DNA of 32,000 nucleotides from Sulfolobus acidocaldarius DSM 639. GTDB lineage: Archaea; Thermoproteota; Thermoprotei_A; Sulfolobales; Sulfolobaceae. Every line of letters starts with the position of its first letter. The first letter of the stretch is position 1. The stretch is from contig NC_007181.1 of the NCBI RefSeq assembly GCF_000012285.1, positions 300,001 through 332,000 on the forward strand, written 5' to 3'. Both the position numbers and the translations under genes were made by a program. The notes below the pieces were generated by a model that was not told the DNA's origin, ran no database searches, and saw only the letters and a list, made by a program, of their open reading frames with translations. Positions 17,678-27,074 of the stretch are shown in pieces.

Positions 17678-20026
17678 ATGCAAATAAGTAAGTATGAGGT
17701 CTATTTGGACTTTGATTTTAAGAATTTAAGCTATAGAGGAAAAGAGAAAATATATTGTAGCCTAGATGATGAGCTAGTTCTGGACGCTATAGGGTTTTCT
17801 ATTCACTCAGTCAGGATAAACGGCAAGGAAATTGACTATAATTATGACGGGGAGAAGTTAAGGATAAAGACTGGTAAGTTCGATGGAACAATCGAGGTAG
17901 ACTTCACTGGAAAGGTAAGAGAAAGGGAACTTGTAGGGATTTATAAGGCTCCTTATGATGGTGGAAAGAATTACATTGTTTCCACTCAATTCGAATCAAA
18001 TCATGCTCGAAAGTTTATTCCCTGTGTGGATCATCCCTCCTATAAGGCTGTATTTAAAATACAGGTAAGGGTTGATAAAGATCTAGATGTCATATCGAAC
18101 ATGCCTATTCAGAAGGTCACTGAAGAGGGAGATAAAAAGCTGGTCGAGTTTTACGAGACGCCAAAAATGTCTACATATCTCCTCTACCTAGGAGTGGGTA
18201 AGTTTGAGGAGATTAAAGATGAACTAGACGGTATACAAGTTATTGTAGCTTCAGTTCCAGGAAAAATATCTAAGGGAAGATTCTCCCTGGAAGTAGGAAA
18301 GAAAGTAATTAACTTTTACAACGAATACTTTGGCATAAAATACCAATTACCTAAGGAGCACTTAATTGCAATTCCTGAATTTGCATTTGGAGCTATGGAA
18401 AACTGGGGAGCGATAACATTTAGAGAAACTGCCCTACTAGCTGACGAGAAATCCTCTGTAATTCAGAGGATGAGAGTAGCTGAAGTGGTAGCCCACGAGC
18501 TAGCCCACCAATGGTTCGGCGACTTAGTTACCATGAAGTGGTGGGACGACCTATGGCTAAATGAAAGTTTTGCAACATTCATGAGCTATAAAGCAATTGA
18601 TCACCTATTTCCCAATTGGGACATGTTTGGAGACTTCATACACAGTGAAACGTCAGGGGCAATGCTGAGGGACTCGTTATCAACAACCCATCCAATAGAG
18701 GCTCATGTGAAGAGCCCTGAGGAAATTGAACAGATATTTGACGATATAAGCTATGGAAAGGGAGCCAGTATACTGAGAATGATAGAAGGTTATATGGGCA
18801 AAGAGGCATTCCAGAAGGGAATTCAGAATTATCTTCAAAAATACAAATTCTCTAATGCTGAGGGACAAGACTTTTGGAATAGCCTTCAAGAAGCGTCAGG
18901 TCTACCAATCGCTGATGTCGTAAAAGACTGGATCACTAAGAGAGGCTACCCTGCAGTTAAGGTAGAGGTAGAGGGAACCAAAATAAGATTATACCAGGAG
19001 AGGTTCTCATTAACGCCCCTTAATGAGAATACTACCTATCTCATTCCCCTTACCTTAGAGGTAAATGGTAAAAGAATAACTCAGTTGATGAAAGAGCAGA
19101 GTATGACAATAGATGTTGGAAGTGAGGTGAAATCTCTAAAGGTCAATTTAGATAGGGTTGGTTTCTATCGTGTAGAGTATGATAACCTGGATCTATTCCT
19201 GAACGCTAATCCTAACCATTATGAAAGGTGGGGATTACTTGATGACTACTATAACTTACTACTAGCAGGTAGAATCAGTTATGAAGTTTACGAGAATGCA
19301 GTTAAAGAACTAATGAATGACGACAACTATCTAGTTGTAGATGAAATAAGGGGGCAACTCTTCTTCCTATGGACAGTGAATCCATCTAAATATACGTTAA
19401 TAACTGATTTCCTAGAACTTCAGTTACCAAAATGGAGCAAGAGGACAGATGACCTATCACAGAGAGTTTATGGCAACTTGCTGAGAAGTTTTGCATATGT
19501 GGACGATAGGTTTGCTCAAGGGTTATCGATATCATTCGACAACTATGATAGTTTGAATCCTAATCTAAAGGAGGCTGTTGCTATAGCCTATGCAATAACT
19601 CAAGGTGAAAATGGATATGATGAGCTCCTAAGGAAATACAGAGAGGAGAAATTTGATGAAGAAAAACAAAGGATACTAAATGCAATGCTGAGTTTCAGAG
19701 AACCTTACCTGGTGGTTAACACTTTAAGTTTAGCATTAAACGGGGAAATAAAGAGGCAGGACACAGCAAGAATAATTCCTTTGGCATCTGCAAATCCTTA
19801 TTCCAGATTTGCTGTATGGAGATGGACTAAGACTTATATGGAGTTCTTAAGGAGCATATACGCAGGTACAGGAATACTTGGGAGAAGCTTTAGAGGAGCT
19901 ATTCCATACCTAGGTTTAAACATACCTGAGGTGGAAGAGTACTTCACAAGTAATAAATTCCCTGAAATGGAAGTAGAGATAAAAAGCGCTTTAGAGATCC
20001 TCAAAGCTTTGAAGAGATTAAGTTAA
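17678..20026 (+). CDS. M1-family zinc aminopeptidase (tricorn-interacting-factor F3 / Ape-like)
   Basis: 782 aa with the 'GAMENWG' exopeptidase motif and 'HELAHQWFGDLVTMKWWDDLWLNESF' (HExxH-x18-E zinc site). Confidence 0.9.
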   Translation: MQISKYEVYLDFDFKNLSYRGKEKIYCSLDDELVLDAIGFSIHSVRINGKEIDYNYDGEKLRIKTGKFDGTIEVDFTGKVRERELVGIYKAPYDGGKNYIVSTQFESNHARKFIPCVDHPSYKAVFKIQVRVDKDLDVISNMPIQKVTEEGDKKLVEFYETPKMSTYLLYLGVGKFEEIKDELDGIQVIVASVPGKISKGRFSLEVGKKVINFYNEYFGIKYQLPKEHLIAIPEFAFGAMENWGAITFRETALLADEKSSVIQRMRVAEVVAHELAHQWFGDLVTMKWWDDLWLNESFATFMSYKAIDHLFPNWDMFGDFIHSETSGAMLRDSLSTTHPIEAHVKSPEEIEQIFDDISYGKGASILRMIEGYMGKEAFQKGIQNYLQKYKFSNAEGQDFWNSLQEASGLPIADVVKDWITKRGYPAVKVEVEGTKIRLYQERFSLTPLNENTTYLIPLTLEVNGKRITQLMKEQSMTIDVGSEVKSLKVNLDRVGFYRVEYDNLDLFLNANPNHYERWGLLDDYYNLLLAGRISYEVYENAVKELMNDDNYLVVDEIRGQLFFLWTVNPSKYTLITDFLELQLPKWSKRTDDLSQRVYGNLLRSFAYVDDRFAQGLSISFDNYDSLNPNLKEAVAIAYAITQGENGYDELLRKYREEKFDEEKQRILNAMLSFREPYLVVNTLSLALNGEIKRQDTARIIPLASANPYSRFAVWRWTKTYMEFLRSIYAGTGILGRSFRGAIPYLGLNIPEVEEYFTSNKFPEMEVEIKSALEILKALKRLS

Positions 20027-22846
20027 AATGATTCCTGGTTTATAAGGTAACGCTATTGATTTTTTACCCTTTATATCTGGAGTTGATGGATCCTTAGAGT
20101 TGTATATGTAAATCTCCTTTACATCAAGTTTATTTAGAAGGAATTGGGCATTAGAGGTCAGAATCTCGCTCTCGTTTATACCAATTTCAGCTAAGTTCTT
20201 TATCTTATCTGGTAAATCTCCAGCTATCTCATAAGCTAACCTAGCCATTTCTCTATCTCCCACCTCTTTTTCGAAGTCAGGTAAGCTCTTCCTCTCCTTA
20301 AGGGATTCGATGGCTTTCCTGATCAGGTCTCTCTGCGTGTTATCCTCATTAACATATATGATTACAGTTTCAGGTTCCTTCGACATCTTTGACTTCATGG
20401 AATTAATCAAATCTATTGTATACCTCAGGTATTCTATCTCGAGAAGAGCTCTCTTGTCATATTGTAGTTCTCCTTTTGACGGGAATCTCTGTCTAACAAC
20501 AAGTGAATTATCTAGCTTGTGCCATAGCTCTTCAGCTAAATGTGGCGTAAATGGAGCCATCAACCTTATCCAGACTGAGATTACATTCTTGATTATATCT
20601 GAATTTATTTTTCCGTTTCCAAGTTCTAAGTAATCTTTCAAATCCTCATATATATCATAATATATGGTCTTGTAAGCTGTCCTCAGGTCGAGATTTGATA
20701 GACAATTATCAATTAAATCGATGTATTCTGAGATAAGTGATGATATCCATAGATCAACCTTTCTTATCTCATTGACAGATTGTAGTTTTATTAAGTTCTC
20801 TATAAAATCATGAATATGCTTCAATTGTTCTCCGATACTCTTAGCTATATTTGGACTAAACTCAATATCATCAGATAAAGAAGATGTGGAAGTTAAGGCA
20901 AGCCTGACTGTATCAACACCGTACTCTCGAATAGCCTTGTTTAGCGGATATACATTTCCAAAGCTCTTACTCATCTTCTTTCCTCCGACCCTTATAAAGC
21001 CGTTAAGGACTATTCTCTTAGGAACTTTATCTTCTCCTAATACGCCAACATGATGGTACAAGTAATATGGAATATGGTTCTGAACCAAGTCCCTTCCACT
21101 ATGTCTTGAGTCCACTGGATACCAATATTCCACTTCCATTCTTAATTCTTCAAGTTGCTCCTTTGGAATTCCTAACTCTCGGGATAACTGAGAGGAATCT
21201 CCCCTACCTAGAACTACGTAATCCCAGAATCTCTCATTAAGTATACTAGTAGGATACGACTTAACCTTATTTGCTACTATATAAAATACTGTGTAAATTG
21301 TAGAGTCACTTAGACTGTCAATTATTTGCCTATCATCCCATGGTAGTCTTACTCCTAAGCCCCTGGATCTTGTAAATGGTCTAGGTTTCATGTTAAATAT
21401 TATCTTACTTATCTCTCTCTTTGCATCCTGAGGTAAAATCTCTATTTTATCTAGACTTTTTAAAACTGATGATTTCCAAGTACTATTAGAATAGTCAATA
21501 AACCATTGGTCATCAAAAACCTTTACGACAACCTCAGCTCCGCACCTACAGTAAACCGGACCATTTATTATTTCGTAAATATTACCATGAACACCTAAAT
21601 TTCTCAAAAGTTCAACAACACTCGACCTCGCTTCTCTCACACTTTTGCCTGCTATTCTCTCGCCTACAAATTGCTTCATATAATCTGGGACCAGATCAAC
21701 AACTTCATCTCTTATTGAGCCCTTATGAAACTCTATGCGATAAAGCGTGTCTATGTAATCTTTTAACTCTTGTGCACTAGTGGTTTGGGCTGTCTCAAGA
21801 ACTTCCATTGCAGGAAAATCGCCGTAGTCCTCAGATTTAATCACAGGAACTATCTCGAAACTTTCCTTTAACTCACTTAAAGCTAAATAATGCAAGGGTT
21901 CATGTGCAGGCACAGCCATTACCACTCCTGTACCTTGTTTAGATTCTACATATTTACTAGGTAGAACTGTCAGCTTCTTGAGTGTTACAGGATTTGTAAC
22001 GTTCAATCCTATTAATTCTCCGCCTTTTTTCCTTTCTTCTTCAGTTAAACTCATCTGAAAGCTTAACTTCTTAAACGCCTCAGTAGACATTACAAGCCTC
22101 TTACCATTTTTATTATCTACAACAATGGAGTAATCACTGTCTGGATTAATTAGTATTGCTACTGCACCGAAGATTGTCTCTGGTCTAGAGGTCGCTGTGA
22201 GGAATAATAATTTTTCACCTTGGAAGTATATTACGTCTAAATCTATTATCTCAGGTTCTATATCCCCTCTAGTATCATGCATACCTACAGGGAACTCATC
22301 CACAGGACAGTAAGCGACAGGTGCCTTTTCCTTTTTTATATATCCTATCTCCTGAAGTCTTTTATATTGCCACTGTACAAAACGCTCAAAAGCTGGGTCT
22401 ATAGTTGTAAACTCTCTTCTTCGATCTATACTTAAGCCCAGTGTTAATGCAGTGTTTCGCATGTCCTCTTTAAAGTACGCAGAAAGGTAAGAGGGGTCAG
22501 AGAACTTAGATATAACCCCAATAGGTATTTGATAAACATTAGTAAAAGTCGAAATTATTTCCTCATCTCCTCTCTTTACCGCATCAGCTATGGACAAAAT
22601 TGGAGTCCCTGTGAATTGGAAGGCGAACGGAAAGAGTACGTTATATCCTTTCATACGTAAATATCTGGCGTAGATGTCAGCTGTAATATACGTGCGACCA
22701 TGACCTATATGTAAGGGACTATTGGTATATGGGAATGCCACCGTGATAAACTTTTTCTCCTTTGTCCTATCAACATCTGCCTCATAAACTCTCTCAGAAT
22801 CCCAAACCTTTTGCCATTTTGATGCTATTTCGTTTAGGAAATCCAC
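20018..22846 (-). CDS. leuS: Leucyl-tRNA synthetase (archaeal type)
   Basis: 942 aa with 'HIGHGRTY' (HIGH), 'KMSKS' and the CP1 editing-domain motif 'TSRPETIFG'. It has a GTG start. A TATA-like 'ttaatatatt' ~25 nt upstream overlaps the stop of ORF 22873-23916. Confidence 0.95.
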   Translation of the reverse strand: MDFLNEIASKWQKVWDSERVYEADVDRTKEKKFITVAFPYTNSPLHIGHGRTYITADIYARYLRMKGYNVLFPFAFQFTGTPILSIADAVKRGDEEIISTFTNVYQIPIGVISKFSDPSYLSAYFKEDMRNTALTLGLSIDRRREFTTIDPAFERFVQWQYKRLQEIGYIKKEKAPVAYCPVDEFPVGMHDTRGDIEPEIIDLDVIYFQGEKLLFLTATSRPETIFGAVAILINPDSDYSIVVDNKNGKRLVMSTEAFKKLSFQMSLTEEERKKGGELIGLNVTNPVTLKKLTVLPSKYVESKQGTGVVMAVPAHEPLHYLALSELKESFEIVPVIKSEDYGDFPAMEVLETAQTTSAQELKDYIDTLYRIEFHKGSIRDEVVDLVPDYMKQFVGERIAGKSVREARSSVVELLRNLGVHGNIYEIINGPVYCRCGAEVVVKVFDDQWFIDYSNSTWKSSVLKSLDKIEILPQDAKREISKIIFNMKPRPFTRSRGLGVRLPWDDRQIIDSLSDSTIYTVFYIVANKVKSYPTSILNERFWDYVVLGRGDSSQLSRELGIPKEQLEELRMEVEYWYPVDSRHSGRDLVQNHIPYYLYHHVGVLGEDKVPKRIVLNGFIRVGGKKMSKSFGNVYPLNKAIREYGVDTVRLALTSTSSLSDDIEFSPNIAKSIGEQLKHIHDFIENLIKLQSVNEIRKVDLWISSLISEYIDLIDNCLSNLDLRTAYKTIYYDIYEDLKDYLELGNGKINSDIIKNVISVWIRLMAPFTPHLAEELWHKLDNSLVVRQRFPSKGELQYDKRALLEIEYLRYTIDLINSMKSKMSKEPETVIIYVNEDNTQRDLIRKAIESLKERKSLPDFEKEVGDREMARLAYEIAGDLPDKIKNLAEIGINESEILTSNAQFLLNKLDVKEIYIYNSKDPSTPDIKGKKSIALPYKPGIILT

Positions 22847-22872
22847 ATATCTTAATAATTAAAAAGAATATA

Positions 22873-23916
22873 TTAAGGTATAACTTCCGTGGAGTCCATA
22901 ACTGGATCGTACTTTAGATCACTTAGACTTATTACGTTATCTCTTATTAGCTCTTTGATCTCTTCTATTCCAGATAAAGTTAACCTCAGATACTCCTTAG
23001 TAACCTCGTCGACCACCTTGAATCCCTCCTCACCCCAATACTTTTCCTTTACGGCATAAAGGCATCTCCCACCGCAATAACTCTTGAACTCACATGATTT
23101 ACACTCCTCAGGTAATGGCTCATCTAAAAGCCTAAATGATTCCAGAGTTCCTAATTCAGCCCATTTTTCCCTAACAGCAATAGGACAGGATAGGATTCTT
23201 CCGTCTGTGGACACTGAAATGCTCTCATAACCAGCTCCACAGGCAACTCCTCTATATTTCTTAAAGAAATGTGAGCTGATTACTCCAAGGAATGGAACAA
23301 TCTTGACAATTCTTCCTCTCCTTAACTCACTCATGAAGTACTCGTAAAGTCTCCTTAGCCCAGGCAAGTAGGATTTATACGCCCATGTTTCAAAATCCCA
23401 TCTCTCACTCCATATGACATTTAATTGCCAATGGACCTTATCGAAAATTCCTAGGGACAGAAGATGCATGACCTCCTCATAGATATCACTATCCTCAGTA
23501 ACAGCCATCCTCGCAATAGTTTCCACTCCGAACTCCTTAACGTATTTAGCATTCCTAGTTACAACTTTATAAACTCCTCTCCCCCTATGCTTGTCCGTAA
23601 TCTCTTCTCTACCATCTATAGAGAATAGGGCTATATTCATCCTCTTCCAATATTTATCAGGAAGTAGTTTAGCCCCTATTCCATTACTCTGAATTCCCCA
23701 TCTGACAGCTTTTACATTATCCATGACCGACATTATGAATTTAGGGTTTAACAATGGCTCTCCGCCATAAAATATGACAACTGCCTCACTATCTCTTTCA
23801 ATCACATTCTTTAGTTTACTAACGTCATACTTTACTTCCCAAGGCACTGCCTCCTTTGGAAATGAACCGCCACAATAGTCACAGGTTAAATTACACTTCC
23901 CAGTAGTTAGTACCAA
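22873..23916 (-). CDS. Radical SAM enzyme with a C-terminal SPASM domain (peptide/protein-maturase type)
   Basis: 347 aa. 'CNLTCDYC' is the CX3CX2C motif at residues 8-15. '[23 protein letters not shown]' plus '[14 protein letters not shown]' (CX2CX5CX3C) is the SPASM auxiliary-cluster motif. The only in-frame start is TTG 23916, 11 nt after the stop of the M20 gene. Confidence 0.85.
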   Translation of the reverse strand: MVLTTGKCNLTCDYCGGSFPKEAVPWEVKYDVSKLKNVIERDSEAVVIFYGGEPLLNPKFIMSVMDNVKAVRWGIQSNGIGAKLLPDKYWKRMNIALFSIDGREEITDKHRGRGVYKVVTRNAKYVKEFGVETIARMAVTEDSDIYEEVMHLLSLGIFDKVHWQLNVIWSERWDFETWAYKSYLPGLRRLYEYFMSELRRGRIVKIVPFLGVISSHFFKKYRGVACGAGYESISVSTDGRILSCPIAVREKWAELGTLESFRLLDEPLPEECKSCEFKSYCGGRCLYAVKEKYWGEEGFKVVDEVTKEYLRLTLSGIEEIKELIRDNVISLSDLKYDPVMDSTEVIP

Positions 23917-23927
23917 CCATAGAATTT

Positions 23928-25199
23928 TTACTCACCTAGATGTCTTAGTAAGCTCTTTGTCCACTCTATGCCTTTGTAGTAGTCATTAACTAATATATTT
24001 TCATTAAATGAATGAATGTTTGACGAGTAATTATCAACACCTACACCATCAGCTATTTGGTTAACGTTAAGATATCTAGCAATCATTTCCATAGGACCAG
24101 TACCTGGGCTGTTGGGTAATACAACAGGATCTTCATTGTATACTTCCTTTGCCGAACGTATAAGTGCTCTAGCGATCTCACTGTTAAGGGAGGTTCTATA
24201 TGGTTTCACGGAACCATGTACTATTATTTCAATTTCTGGGTCTGATATGTACCTTTTAAGTGAGCTTAGAATTTCCTGGGGATCTTGGTTGGGAACTAAC
24301 CTAAAATCTAATTTCACAAAGGCTAGGGAAGGGATTACGGTCTTTGAGCCTTCTCCAGTGTAACCGGAGTAAATTCCGTCGATATTGCATGTGGGTTCTT
24401 CGACCAGCTTTATCATTGAATTCCCTGGCACGTTCTGTTCAATAGCTTTAGCCAAGTACTCATCAGGAGTACGCAGATACTTCTTCTCTTCTTCACTGAG
24501 CCATACAACTTTATCATAAAAATTGGGAATCAGCACTTTACCTTTCTCATCCCTTAATTTGTTTAATAAGTAAACTAAGTCCCATGCAGGATTACGAGCA
24601 ATTGGTCCATACATTGAATGTAAATCTTTGGGTGTTTTCTTTCTAAGCTCTACATACAATAATCCTTTAACACCTAAAACGATCTCTGGGCGTCCCTCTG
24701 GAGATTTACCTGCACCTTCCCACAGAACATAATCTGCACTTAACATTTTAGAGTAATCCTTAAGGAAATCCTCCATATTGGGGCTTCCTATCTCTTCTTC
24801 CCCCTCATAAAACAACTTAACGTTTACCTTCAACTTGTTTTCTCTTAAGAGTTCTATAATTGCCTGTAGTCTTGCCATTAGAGTTCCTTTATCATCGCCT
24901 ACTCCTCTAGCAAATATTTTACCGTCCTTAATTACCGGGTTAAATGGATCAGAATTCCATTTCTCTAATGGTTCCACTGGTTGAACGTCATAGTGGTTAT
25001 ATATGAGGAGTGTTTTCTTGGAACCTACATTGACTTCGCCATAAACATAAGGATTCTTAGCCTTATGTCTAATAATTTTAGCCTCTATTCCATTATCCTT
25101 CAAGTAATCGACTAAAAATTTAGCACCTTCTTCTCCTCTACCTTTAGCTGATGTTGTGTCTATTTTTAGGAATTCGAACAAATCTTTTATGTAATCCAC
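23928..25199 (-). CDS. M20-family metallopeptidase (ArgE/DapE/CPG2-like)
   Basis: 423 aa. '[12 protein letters not shown]', 'ARGVGDDKG' and '[10 protein letters not shown]' are the His/Asp/Glu metal-ligand contexts of the M20 family. It has a GTG start. Confidence 0.85.
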   Translation of the reverse strand: MDYIKDLFEFLKIDTTSAKGRGEEGAKFLVDYLKDNGIEAKIIRHKAKNPYVYGEVNVGSKKTLLIYNHYDVQPVEPLEKWNSDPFNPVIKDGKIFARGVGDDKGTLMARLQAIIELLRENKLKVNVKLFYEGEEEIGSPNMEDFLKDYSKMLSADYVLWEGAGKSPEGRPEIVLGVKGLLYVELRKKTPKDLHSMYGPIARNPAWDLVYLLNKLRDEKGKVLIPNFYDKVVWLSEEEKKYLRTPDEYLAKAIEQNVPGNSMIKLVEEPTCNIDGIYSGYTGEGSKTVIPSLAFVKLDFRLVPNQDPQEILSSLKRYISDPEIEIIVHGSVKPYRTSLNSEIARALIRSAKEVYNEDPVVLPNSPGTGPMEMIARYLNVNQIADGVGVDNYSSNIHSFNENILVNDYYKGIEWTKSLLRHLGE

Positions 25200-25231
25200 G
25201 CTTTTATTTAGCTGTTTGAGTAAATTAAATT
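25200..25231. promoter_or_regulatory. 32-bp divergent spacer carrying two crossed TATA-like boxes
   Basis: 'ttttattta' (25202-25210) is centred 26 nt upstream of ATG 25232. The reverse complement of 25221-25231 ('aatttaattta') is centred ~27 nt upstream of GTG 25199. The geometry fits two leaderless transcripts. Confidence 0.4.
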
Positions 25232-25546
25232 ATGCTTAAGTACTACGAGTATACGAGACACACATTATGTGAACCCCTCCTAACAATTAACATTTATAAA
25301 AAAGTTGAGGATGGAAAAGTTATAGCACTGACCAGAATTTCAGTTTATAAAAATACTTCCATCGTAACTTATGAGACAGACAAGTTAGACGGAGCAGAAA
25401 TTTTAGAGTTAATACCGACAGCTATAGATTCATTAATAAAAACTATTAAGAAATATTACGACTCTAAGTTTGATGATATAACGGTTTTCGGTGAGAGACA
25501 GCTAGTTGACTCATTCCTAGACAAGTTCTATGAGGAGGAAGAGTGA
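25232..25546 (+). CDS. Hypothetical protein with an acidic C-terminus
   Basis: 104-aa ORF with no recognisable motif. It ends in 'FYEEEE'. The promoter geometry above supports expression. Confidence 0.5.
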   Translation: MLKYYEYTRHTLCEPLLTINIYKKVEDGKVIALTRISVYKNTSIVTYETDKLDGAEILELIPTAIDSLIKTIKKYYDSKFDDITVFGERQLVDSFLDKFYEEEE

Positions 25547-25556
25547 GCTTTTCCAG

Positions 25557-25606
25557 GTGATGATAAAAAAGTACACGGATTTCATGACGAACCATTCATG
25601 CACTGA
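25557..25606 (+). ncRNA. C/D box sRNA (2'-O-methylation guide)
   Basis: GTGATGA (C, 25557-25563), taaaaaagtaca (12 nt), CGGA (D', 25576-25579), tttc, ATGACGA (C', 25584-25590), accattcatgca (12 nt), CTGA (D, 25603-25606); 50 nt in total. It lies within the 60-bp gap between two convergent ORFs, starting 11 nt after the stop of 25232-25546 and ending immediately before the stop codon of 25607-26065. Confidence 0.75.
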
Positions 25607-26065
25607 TCATGAGTTAAGAACCTTGAGAATCAGCTCGTACATCTCCTTGTCATTGCTTTCTATTTTTTTCAAGCTCCAAGGCTTCAAATTTTTACTCTTA
25701 ACTCCTCTCACAACAGACCGTATCCACGATTCATATACCTTACTTCCTCCATGTCTTCCATAAAAATCTACCAGTATTTTAACAACATCTTCCTCACTCA
25801 AACCCTTTACATTTACTAAGTACCTGCTTGCCACGTAGAGTATAAATCTCTTCCTAGCGTCAGGTAGACCTTTCTCAAGAATTTTGTCTATCCAATCGTA
25901 ATTTACTTTTCTAGGTATTGGCGGAAAAGAACCCTCAACCTGGAATATGAACTCCCCTTTTTCATTATATATCTTAGAAACTCTACCATCAAACTCTATG
26001 TATCCAGCTGGCGTATCGTCAGGATAGTGTAAAATTATTCTCTTTCTTTTTCTATTTTCTTCCAT
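25607..26065 (-). CDS. Hypothetical protein with a C-terminal helical domain resembling primase PriX / PriCT-type domains (tentative)
   Basis: 152 aa. 'GLPDARKRFILYVASRYLVNVKGLSEEDVVKILVDFY...SWIRSVVRGV' follows the G-x-R...L...G-L-S-x-E-E pattern of primase C-terminal helical domains. The start lies 6 nt after the stop of ORF 26072-27019. Confidence 0.5.
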   Translation of the reverse strand: MEENRKRKRIILHYPDDTPAGYIEFDGRVSKIYNEKGEFIFQVEGSFPPIPRKVNYDWIDKILEKGLPDARKRFILYVASRYLVNVKGLSEEDVVKILVDFYGRHGGSKVYESWIRSVVRGVKSKNLKPWSLKKIESNDKEMYELILKVLNS

Positions 26066-26071
26066 TCCATA

Positions 26072-27019
26072 TTACCTACTGACGCTCGTTAGTTTCATCT
26101 TAGTAGCACAAAATGAACATATTTCTCTATCTTTAGTGGTGGGTCTTCCACAGATCTTACACTTACTCACTTCCTCAACTTTGGAGTATATAACTTCTAG
26201 GGGCTCTTGTATCTTGTCCGTGAAGTTTTGAACTAATAACAACATGAAACCAGGGATCTCGTCCTCCATTTCTTCTAATTTCCTCCTGATCTTGTCTTGT
26301 GTAGCCCCGCCTACCCTAAAAGTATGAGGACAGGAGTCATATATGAAGGGTATATTGTTTAGTATTGCGTATGTTAATATTTCTTTCTCGTAGATAAGGA
26401 AAAGAGGTTTAACCTTCTTCACTTTATACCCTCTGGTAGGAGGTAGAACAGGCTTTAGCCTAGATAAATTATTTACATCTCCACTGAAATATCCCGAGAG
26501 GACAAATTGTGCCATATCATTAAGATTATGCCCAGTAACCACAGTATCTAATCCCTCCTCCTCAGCTATTTCCTCCATAGAATATCTCTTTACCAAGCCA
26601 CAGGTACTGCATATAGGTCTTCTAATCTTAAATTTTGCCTCGTCTATAGTGAAACCATATTTTTCCTTAACATTTATTAATTTGTACTTCACTCCTAACA
26701 TCTGAAAGTTTTTCAGTGCAAATTCTAAGCTCTTATCTGAGTACCCCTTTCCCATATCTATACCTAAATGAATATGAATTCCGACGATCTCAAACCCTCT
26801 TTTTTGAGCCAACTTATTCATTAGATGTAGAAGTGTAGTACTATCTTTCCCACCAGAGACTGCTACTCCAATCCTATCCGACCCATCAAACATCTTATAT
26901 TTCTCAACTACTCGCTCAAATCTATTCTCTAACCATTCTGTAAAGTGCCTCGCACATAAGGATATGTTAGCGTAAGGTATTTTTATTACTGCCTCATCAT
27001 CACATTTACCGCATTTCAC
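26072..27019 (-). CDS. PP-loop ATPase of the TtuA/NcsA (Ncs6/Ctu1) tRNA 2-thiolation family
   Basis: 315 aa with the PP-loop '[12 protein letters not shown]'. It has an N-terminal zinc finger 'CGKCDDEA...CARH' and a C-terminal '[18 protein letters not shown]'. Candidate Fe-S ligands are 'CSTCG' and 'DSCPH'. Confidence 0.85.
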   Translation of the reverse strand: MKCGKCDDEAVIKIPYANISLCARHFTEWLENRFERVVEKYKMFDGSDRIGVAVSGGKDSTTLLHLMNKLAQKRGFEIVGIHIHLGIDMGKGYSDKSLEFALKNFQMLGVKYKLINVKEKYGFTIDEAKFKIRRPICSTCGLVKRYSMEEIAEEEGLDTVVTGHNLNDMAQFVLSGYFSGDVNNLSRLKPVLPPTRGYKVKKVKPLFLIYEKEILTYAILNNIPFIYDSCPHTFRVGGATQDKIRRKLEEMEDEIPGFMLLLVQNFTDKIQEPLEVIYSKVEEVSKCKICGRPTTKDREICSFCATKMKLTSVSR

Positions 27020-27074
27020 GTTATTATAGTGGAAACAGAAAAATTTAAACTAGACTATATGTGATGTAAAACTA

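Noticed and set aside
19617-19691. ATGATGA ... TTGATGA ... CTGA inside the aminopeptidase CDS, resembling C, C' and D boxes.
   Set aside because: The spacings are 30 and 28 nt instead of ~12. There is no D' box, the element would be 75 nt long, and it lies sense within a well-supported CDS.
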